From assembly GCA_015490475.1 (NCBI GenBank), contig WFXT01000095.1, positions 1-44,405 of the forward strand: DNA of 44,405 nucleotides. The letters are read 5' to 3'. Numbering within the stretch: position 1 is the first letter of the stretch; every line of letters begins with the position of its first letter. Shown here in pieces: positions 38,297-44,405 of this stretch. The DNA is from Bacteroidota bacterium (lineage in GTDB: Bacteria; Bacteroidota; Bacteroidia; JAADEI01). Both the position numbers and the translations under genes were made by a program. The notes below the pieces were generated by a model. It was not told the DNA's origin, did no database searches, and saw nothing but the letters and a program-made list of their open reading frames with translations.

Positions 38297-38677
38297 CTAT
38301 TTTTGGTCTTTTGGTTTTTTAGTTCCGTACTTAGAACGGGACTTCCTGCGTCCCTCAACACCAGCGGCATCCAGAACACCTCGGATAATGTGATACTTAA
38401 CACCCGGCAAATCTTTAACACGACCTCCACGCACAAGAACTATAGAGTGCTCCTGCAAGTTATGTCCCTCACCCGGGATATAAGCAATAACTTCTTTTCC
38501 ATTGGTTAGTCTGACCTTAGCAACTTTTCGCAGGGCAGAGTTAGGTTTTTTGGGCGTGGTAGTATATACGTGAATGCACACTCCTCTTTTCTGCGGATTA
38601 CCACCCAATGCAGGCGACCTGCTCTTTTTCTTCTTCGGCTTCCGTCCCTTCCTTACCAGTTGCTGTATCGTCGGCAT
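38297..38677 (-). CDS. rpsL: 30S ribosomal protein S12
   Basis: [18 protein letters not shown] and [14 protein letters not shown]. The streptomycin-determining lysines are wild type. Confidence 0.97.
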   Translation of the reverse strand: MPTIQQLVRKGRKPKKKKSRSPALGGNPQKRGVCIHVYTTTPKKPNSALRKVAKVRLTNGKEVIAYIPGEGHNLQEHSIVLVRGGRVKDLPGVKYHIIRGVLDAAGVEGRRKSRSKYGTKKPKDQK

Positions 38678-38699
38678 ATCTCCCTACTCTTTGGATTTA

Positions 38700-38707
38700 C
38701 AAAGTTA
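38700..38707 (-). promoter_or_regulatory. Candidate Bacteroidota -7 element (TAACTTTG) for the rpsL-led gene block
   Basis: The plus strand reads CAAAGTTA, so the minus strand reads TAACTTTG. It lies 22 nt upstream of the rpsL ATG in the 84-nt sppA-rpsL spacer, the only spacer longer than 26 nt between sppA and rodA. Confidence 0.35.
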
Positions 38708-38761
38708 AATAAGACAGTCCTAACACCTCCCCATTCACATTGAAGGCATCAGGACTGCCCT

Positions 38762-40525
38762 TTACTTTTCATTCTGCCACAGGTAGTATGGCAGCCTGTA
38801 AAGTAAACCGTTGCTATTAAACCAAGATTGCAGTTCGTTTGGTTCCAATTTCAGACCAGTTAGATTGAACAATGTGGAAACGGGTATATCATCATTAAGC
38901 GCTTCTTGTATCAACTGCTGTAGTATAGACTTCCTTTCAGGTATTAGAATAACCTCATAATCAGAAACCTGAGCCAATGATGCAGCAGCTTTTATAGCAT
39001 CATGCAAGTATCCTATTGAATCAATTAAGCCAACTCGTTGAGCATCAAAAGCACTGTAAACACGCCCCCTGCCCAGCTTATCCACACTATCCACAGGCAG
39101 ATTTCTACTTTGAGCAACCCTACTTATAAAGTTCTTATATACCTTATTAACAGAATGCCAGATTATTTGCCTTTCGCGATCTGTGAACCTACGCACTGGA
39201 TTGCCTACATCAGCCCATTCCCTTGACTTGACATAGTCAAAATTAATTCCCAGCTTATCTCTCAATAACTTCTTAGCATTAGGATATATTGCTATCACGC
39301 CAATGGAACCAGTAATAGTAAAAGGTTCTGCATAGATAATGTCTGCAGGCACAGAAATATAATAACCTCCCGAGGCGGCAAGAGCACCCATAGAAACAAC
39401 AACAGGTTTGGGACTTCTTTTAACTAATTGCCATATTTCATCGGCTACGAAAGCATCTCCCCCGGGACTATTTACCCTCAACACTATTGCTTTTACACCG
39501 TCGTTTTCAACTGCCTTACTAAAATGTTTTTTAAACTTGCTCCACGTTATTGACTCCTCAGAATTATCTGTTGCTCTAACTAATGCCCCTGTGGCATACA
39601 CAACAGCTATTTTGGGTAAGTCTTCCCTTTCTTTATAAGGCGAAACATATTTATTAATAGGAACGAAACCTCTTTTATAGTGTAAGCCAAACTTATTAGC
39701 AATAAGGCGCTTAAGAGAATCCTCATCTGTAACGATGACTGCCATTTTCATTTTCTCTGCCTGTTCTGGATATATAACAGGCGTAGAATCAAGCAGTGCA
39801 TCCACAAAAGAAGGACTCAGACCCTCTGGCGTAATTTTATGCACCCACACTGAATCCCATTGCTTAATTATTCTAGACAACATTTCCCTGCTTTCTGTAC
39901 TCAGACTGTCGCTGTAAAGGCTTTCTCCAGCCGTCTTGTATCTCCCAATGCGAAACACTTCTACTGAAACACCCAATTTCTCCAGTAACTTACCAATGAA
40001 TACAGACCCCATTTTGAATCCGGGCAAAATGATATGTCCTGACTGTGTAATAAATATTGAATCAGCCACGGATGCTACGTAATATGCATTTGTCGTATAA
40101 ATATCAGCAAAAGCATATACTGGTTTCCCAGATTTTTCTTTAAATTTTGTCAGAGCCTGCCTGATAGCGTCAGCAATGGCTATCTTGACAGTGGCGTCGC
40201 GCAGATCAAGATAAATAGCCTTCACATTATCATCGTCTGCGGCCTTGATTATTTTTTCGGTAAGTTCATATAGACCCGGCTTCTTCACAAGGGCGAACCT
40301 CTGCCCCGCAAAATCAACATCCTCTTCCGCTATCTCCTTAATAGGCGTTCTAAAGTTTATATACAAAACTTTTGGCTCCGTGAGTGGCATCAATTCATGC
40401 TCCTGAGCCAGGTCTCCAATAGAAACTACAAGATACACTAGAAAGAAAATTAGTACTACAAAACCCACAATAACCCCAATGCCCAAGCCCAAACAACCGA
40501 TTAATAACTTTTGAAGAGTTTTCAT
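38762..40525 (-). CDS. sppA: Signal peptide peptidase SppA, 67K (tandem-domain) type
   Basis: 587-aa ORF with an N-terminal TM anchor and two ClpP/crotonase-like halves. The C-terminal half carries VVVSMGALAASGGYYIS (nucleophile Ser region). The N-terminal half carries the pseudo-repeat VYAFADIYTTNAYYVAS. Confidence 0.85.
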   Translation of the reverse strand: MKTLQKLLIGCLGLGIGVIVGFVVLIFFLVYLVVSIGDLAQEHELMPLTEPKVLYINFRTPIKEIAEEDVDFAGQRFALVKKPGLYELTEKIIKAADDDNVKAIYLDLRDATVKIAIADAIRQALTKFKEKSGKPVYAFADIYTTNAYYVASVADSIFITQSGHIILPGFKMGSVFIGKLLEKLGVSVEVFRIGRYKTAGESLYSDSLSTESREMLSRIIKQWDSVWVHKITPEGLSPSFVDALLDSTPVIYPEQAEKMKMAVIVTDEDSLKRLIANKFGLHYKRGFVPINKYVSPYKEREDLPKIAVVYATGALVRATDNSEESITWSKFKKHFSKAVENDGVKAIVLRVNSPGGDAFVADEIWQLVKRSPKPVVVSMGALAASGGYYISVPADIIYAEPFTITGSIGVIAIYPNAKKLLRDKLGINFDYVKSREWADVGNPVRRFTDRERQIIWHSVNKVYKNFISRVAQSRNLPVDSVDKLGRGRVYSAFDAQRVGLIDSIGYLHDAIKAAASLAQVSDYEVILIPERKSILQQLIQEALNDDIPVSTLFNLTGLKLEPNELQSWFNSNGLLYRLPYYLWQNEK

Positions 40526-40579
40526 GCTAAGTGCAAAGTTATACGAAACTGCTTACTTATAACATAAACCACAACACCA

Positions 40580-42814
40580 TCAAGGACAAGTCTTAATTAT
40601 ATTTCCTCCTGTTGTACCGCCACTCAAATTTGTTGTAGGAGACGAGCTGGGAGTAGGAAGAGATAAAGAACTTGCAGACAAATTAACGTTAGAAATACTT
40701 CCTATCTCTTCATATTTACAGCCAGAATTGCAATTTATAAAGCCATTGGGCGACAGTTTCATTATAAGCATATCCTGAGCTCCATTCCCAAAAGAAGTTG
40801 TTAAGCCACCTACAATTATCTCACCATTAGACAATACGTCTATCGCACCCCCATACTCATTTCCAGAGTCTCCATATACCCTTGACCATACTAAATTACC
40901 AGACATATCCAACTCAAATACAACAATATTATATCCTCCCAAGGTCCCAGCATCTGTGGTACCTACGATCAGTACATTACCATTGCTTTTTACTACTCCC
41001 ATCTCAGAACAACAGTAATAATACGTTACTTCTGTAGAGCCTCCGGCATCCCATCTTTTAGCCCATATAATGTTGCCGTTAGTATCAACACGTAATATCA
41101 TGATATCGTTGTTTGAATATCCCGCAGCAATTAAATCTCCTCCAGGGAGCTCGGCTATCCATTTCAGGGAGCCTCCACCATAAGAATAACACCATTGAGG
41201 ATTTCCCGACCCGCTAAATTTACATAAGTGTAGTTGATCTCCTACTACATAATAGGCTCCAGAGGAATGCTTTATAACACTCCATCCATAAGCAGGGCCA
41301 CAATATTTAGTAGTAACATTACCACTGGTCATATTGATAATATTAAAGTACCCACAATCGTTGTTAGAGCCTGTATACAAAATATCATTTCCCGAATTAA
41401 TAACTGTAACACTATATTCTTCATAGCCATATACCATGCGATGTGTTATAATACTGCCTGTAATAGAATTAATTTCTGCAATTTGATTATCCCACGTGCC
41501 ACTCCATCCAGCATCGACCCATCCAATAAAAACATAGTTTCCATTGGGCAGTTTATTGACAGAAGTAACAGCATCCCATCCTCCGCTAGGTCCATCATAT
41601 ACATAAGACCAGAGTAGATTGCCGTTAATATCCAGCTTTGCGATAACAGCATCTTGTGATGATACACTTATTTCCCCTCCAAAAACTATATTGTTTCCAT
41701 CTGCAATCACATCATATAATATGTCATAACCACTACTTCCAAACGACACACAAAAGGTGGTACAGGAATCAACAGCGACACTCAAAGTATCACTCACACA
41801 CTTACATCCCCCCTCATTACACACGGTAACCACAATGTTACCATCTGTGGTGTCTGGTACTAACATTATTGAATCTCCGGACTGATATAACAACTGCCAC
41901 GAAGGTGGATATTGCCAATACCATACACTTCCATATTGGCTATTTGCATGGAATTTCACTGTATCACCGGCACAAGCAAATGTAGGTCCCCAAATAGAGA
42001 CATTATCAATTAGTGTATCTGTTATATATACTGACACGGAGTCAAAGGGAGAGCAGCCACACACACTACACGCTTGTCCCTTAATAAAAAACATACCAGT
42101 ATCTATGGGCACTACTACAAGACTATCTCCCGAGTAAACAATTTGCCAATTAGAGGGTACATTCCAATTGTACCAAGTGCCTCCAGAAGCATATATTATT
42201 AATGTGTCCATCACGCATGAGGAATCCGGTCCTGAAAGGGTTATAGGAATTTGACTCCCCCCAATTGTAATACCAAACCTATAAGATACACATCCGCAAT
42301 CATTACATAGAGATACGTGCATAGCCCCTTGCCGTCCACATACAAAACGTGCTGTATCTAAACCACCCAGATACAGCCATCCCAATGGCGGATTCCACAC
42401 AACGGTAGTATAACCGCTTCCCCTAATTATATAATCTACTGTATCTCCGGGACATATTGCTGTAGGACCATACACAGTATCTATTGTAGGTACAGGGCAT
42501 GAGTCACATGGATTGCACATGGCAGGACAGGAAACAGCAAGCCATTGTTTGGAGATGGAATCATAAGCTTCTATACAAAAATTGTCAATATTGAATATCA
42601 GCAGAGAATGTGCTGGATTGTCAATATTGTCCCGCTGCTTTGTAGTTAAACGTGGGATTAAAATTCCCCTGATAGTGTCTTGCACTTCCATTTTGGCTGA
42701 AGGATGGGGCATTAAAGTACCTATACCCACATTTTGACCACTAACTGTAAACCCGCACAATACGATTATCTTGACAATAAACCACCTACAAACATTACTT
42801 AGAATGTCTTTCAT
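40580..42814 (-). CDS. Secreted modular surface protein: N-terminal VGIGT...PRLT module, three Cys-rich PKD-like repeats, and a beta-propeller-like (SBBP-type) repeat region
   Basis: The start is set at the ATG at 42814 (MKDILSNVCRWFIVKIIVLCGFTVSG|QNVGIGT). The tracked ORF extends to 42880. Three ~80-aa repeats have the pattern GP..C.GD.v.........W..P..W......D.......G....V..CN..GC. At least seven repeats of the type DxNGNxxWxxxYG / xGxxIxxGxT follow. The protein ends in an S/T/P-rich linker. Confidence 0.7.
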   Translation of the reverse strand: MKDILSNVCRWFIVKIIVLCGFTVSGQNVGIGTLMPHPSAKMEVQDTIRGILIPRLTTKQRDNIDNPAHSLLIFNIDNFCIEAYDSISKQWLAVSCPAMCNPCDSCPVPTIDTVYGPTAICPGDTVDYIIRGSGYTTVVWNPPLGWLYLGGLDTARFVCGRQGAMHVSLCNDCGCVSYRFGITIGGSQIPITLSGPDSSCVMDTLIIYASGGTWYNWNVPSNWQIVYSGDSLVVVPIDTGMFFIKGQACSVCGCSPFDSVSVYITDTLIDNVSIWGPTFACAGDTVKFHANSQYGSVWYWQYPPSWQLLYQSGDSIMLVPDTTDGNIVVTVCNEGGCKCVSDTLSVAVDSCTTFCVSFGSSGYDILYDVIADGNNIVFGGEISVSSQDAVIAKLDINGNLLWSYVYDGPSGGWDAVTSVNKLPNGNYVFIGWVDAGWSGTWDNQIAEINSITGSIITHRMVYGYEEYSVTVINSGNDILYTGSNNDCGYFNIINMTSGNVTTKYCGPAYGWSVIKHSSGAYYVVGDQLHLCKFSGSGNPQWCYSYGGGSLKWIAELPGGDLIAAGYSNNDIMILRVDTNGNIIWAKRWDAGGSTEVTYYYCCSEMGVVKSNGNVLIVGTTDAGTLGGYNIVVFELDMSGNLVWSRVYGDSGNEYGGAIDVLSNGEIIVGGLTTSFGNGAQDMLIMKLSPNGFINCNSGCKYEEIGSISNVNLSASSLSLPTPSSSPTTNLSGGTTGGNIIKTCP
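41768..42490 (-). repeat. Three tandem in-frame coding repeats (~80 aa each, PKD-like Cys-rich domains) inside the 40580-42814 CDS
   Basis: R1 is VYGPTAICPGDTVDYIIRGSGYTTVVWNPPLGW...VSLCNDCGCVS. R2 is LSGPDSSCVMDTLIIYASGGTWYNWNVPSNW...GQACSVCGCSP. R3 is IWGPTFACAGDTVKFHANSQYGSVWYWQYPPSW...VTVCNEGGCKCVS. Confidence 0.75.
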
Positions 42815-43032
42815 GTAGCACTCATTTTTTAGCCCAACTTTCCAACACCGACAATCATTAATAGCCTTTCCCTTAAGCATTTTTGAACGTTAAATTTCCT
42901 ACTACGGCCTTTACCCTTTCGGCTTCGTAAAAGGAGATATACATGTGTTCAGTAAACTTTCTTCCTACCATTTGTCACAGATTTTTAGCACAGTAGCCCG
43001 AATAAGAAGATGGGCATCTCTTCCAGTTATTT

Positions 43033-44352
43033 TTATCTTACACATCTACAAGCATTTTGTGAATATGGATAGGAATTAGTGGCACCAGCGCCTGGATTAA
43101 GAGGATTATTCATCCTAAAATAGTGAGTAGGCCATGAAATTTGGCCCGCTCTATAAACATAATACATGTAACCATAAGCAACAGCATATTCCCATGGACT
43201 ATAATACCCGCTGGAAGGATAATAACTTCCATACACACTATTTGTGTACATTAGATGTTCGTATTCTCTATAACGGGTTCCCAGATAGCCTAGTGGAGTT
43301 GCAGTCCATATAAAACCACATCCATATCCTGTTGTATCAATAGTTGTTCTTGAAAGTTCTATTAGCTCAAACAAGGTGGGCATTCTCCAATCAGAAAATC
43401 CGCCTACTGTAGTTTTAGCACATGCTTGTGCACATTCCCACCAGCTCATACTATTATTACAACCAGGATTACCACTCGTATCTATATATGGAGACAGCAT
43501 CACTGGACAATTGGAACAGGAAAGAGCCGTTCCACCACCACTCACAGATGCCCACGTGGGTGCACTACCAGGTCCCTGAGACACCAACACCTGACCAGGA
43601 CTGCCCGCATTACCACCTGGCATCAACGCACCTGTAAACTGAATGTTGCCCGCAACATCCAACTTCTGCGTAGGACTCGTCGTCCCTATCCCAACATTCG
43701 TCCCATCATCATATATCTGCGAATTGCATAGCTCCGTTCCCGTCCACTTCTGTACCATATTCGCCACAGCAGTGTTACACACCGAATCCCAAGGTGCCTG
43801 CCTAATAGTCCACGATGTGCCATCGTATATCAACACTTCTCCAGCAGACACACCTAACTGCAACGTTATCGGATTGCCACTCGTCCCATCCCCTACTATT
43901 GGTGCAGAGGTCTGTGCCACCTGACTGCCCCAATCGTCCCCTCCATACACAGAATCTATATCCTGCCAAACAGGTGACATTCCCGCTCCTTGAGACACTA
44001 ACACCTGACCCACTGACCCCGCATTTCCTCCAGGCATCAATGACCCACTGAACCTAACATTGCCCGAAACATCCAACGCTTCAGATGGACTCGCCACCCC
44101 TATCCCTACATTGCCATTAGGCAAAACCACTAAATGTGGAACCGATGAACCCTGAACATTAACCTTCAACAATGGGTTTGTATATCCTGGCTTCACCTCC
44201 ACGTGTAATTTTGCTCCTGGCGTTGCTGTCCCTATCCCAACCTCCTGCGAATAAGCTGTCATGCTAATGACAAAAAGAACTGCTAATGAGAGGGTTTTAT
44301 TCCTACTTAATTTCCTGAAGATCAATGCCTTTTTGGTACTCCTATTTTTCAT
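43033..44352 (-). CDS. Secreted protein with tail-fibre-like VGIGT/GQVLVSQG repeat modules and a C-terminal DUF1566-like (Lcl C-terminal-like) domain
   Basis: Signal peptide (...MTAYS|QEVGIGT). There are three NVGIGxxxPxxxLDV motifs and two copies of LMPGGNAGSxGQVLVSQGxGxxPxW. The C-terminal region carries GGFSDWRMPTLFEL and ends in ...CRCVR, as I recall for DUF1566. Confidence 0.7.
   Translation of the reverse strand: MKNRSTKKALIFRKLSRNKTLSLAVLFVISMTAYSQEVGIGTATPGAKLHVEVKPGYTNPLLKVNVQGSSVPHLVVLPNGNVGIGVASPSEALDVSGNVRFSGSLMPGGNAGSVGQVLVSQGAGMSPVWQDIDSVYGGDDWGSQVAQTSAPIVGDGTSGNPITLQLGVSAGEVLIYDGTSWTIRQAPWDSVCNTAVANMVQKWTGTELCNSQIYDDGTNVGIGTTSPTQKLDVAGNIQFTGALMPGGNAGSPGQVLVSQGPGSAPTWASVSGGGTALSCSNCPVMLSPYIDTSGNPGCNNSMSWWECAQACAKTTVGGFSDWRMPTLFELIELSRTTIDTTGYGCGFIWTATPLGYLGTRYREYEHLMYTNSVYGSYYPSSGYYSPWEYAVAYGYMYYVYRAGQISWPTHYFRMNNPLNPGAGATNSYPYSQNACRCVR
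43549..43704 (-). repeat. Copy B of the intragenic duplication (GTNVGIGTTSPTQKLDVAGNIQFTGALMPGGNAGSPGQVLVSQGPGSAPTWA)
   Basis: See copy A. The two copies are separated by ~86 aa of unique sequence. Confidence 0.8.
43963..44118 (-). repeat. Copy A of an intragenic ~52-aa duplication (NGNVGIGVASPSEALDVSGNVRFSGSLMPGGNAGSVGQVLVSQGAGMSPVWQ)
   Basis: It aligns residue for residue with copy B at 43549-43704. The similarity is also visible at the DNA level. Confidence 0.8.
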
Positions 44353-44405
44353 GATTTTTTCTTTTGTATGCTAAATTCAGTTCCAGAGATTTTCCTGACA
44401 AGGAC

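Noticed and set aside
38715-38757. Inverted repeat CAGTCCT ... AGGACTG after the sppA stop, as an intrinsic terminator
   Set aside because: The stem is only 7 bp, the loop is 29 nt, and the trailing CTTATTT tract is weak. This is not convincing as a Rho-independent terminator.
1-44405. CRISPR arrays, transposases, integrases, prophage modules, toxin-antitoxin pairs, restriction-modification or other defence islands
   Set aside because: Reading both strands revealed no spaced direct-repeat array and no ORFs with recognisable mobile-element or defence signatures. The only repeats are in-frame domain repeats inside the two surface-protein genes.

Overview
The window reads as a chromosomal core region of a Bacteroidota-type genome. 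Four lines of evidence support that placement. A peptidase carries a T9SS C-terminal sorting domain. A DUF4290 gene sits directly upstream of murA. TAnnTTTG -7 promoter motifs occur upstream of genes. All four predicted signal-peptidase-I substrates have Gln at +1.

Gene content, 5' to 3':
- a broken 3' gene fragment for a surface-protein C-terminal domain;
- a large secreted CocE/NonD (S15) hydrolase;
- an aldehyde dehydrogenase paired with a CBS/cysteine-synthase-like PLP enzyme;
- DUF2905, tRNA-Pro(TGG) and folC on the minus strand;
- a degenerate MBL-fold/double-rhodanese protein;
- DUF4290 and murA;
- a sulfate-activation (PAPS) module: SLC13 permease, cysC, sat, cysQ;
- a small HsdR_N-like protein and an outer-membrane beta-barrel protein;
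- a 21.5 kb minus-strand block of 32 tightly packed genes: rpsL-rpsG-fusA-rpsJ, then rplC through rplO, then secY-map-purH-mreBCD-mrdA-rodA;
- sppA;
- two large secreted modular surface proteins.

I found no CRISPR array, transposase, integrase, toxin-antitoxin pair or recognisable defence genes. Most of the window is ordinary housekeeping DNA. I do not see a convincing new multi-gene system.

The parts most worth follow-up are:
- the paired tail-fibre-like / PKD-like / beta-propeller / DUF1566-like surface proteins at the 3' end, with an apparent broken paralog at the 5' end;
- the MBL-rhodanese protein whose catalytic motifs look degenerate;
- the fused ribosomal / cell-shape gene block, which lacks the alpha-operon segment;
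- several single-gene oddities: MurA with Asp at the fosfomycin-target position, a long-form S14 with a CCCH motif, and ribosomal proteins with terminal extensions.

All family assignments come from motif recognition by eye. None has been confirmed by a database search.
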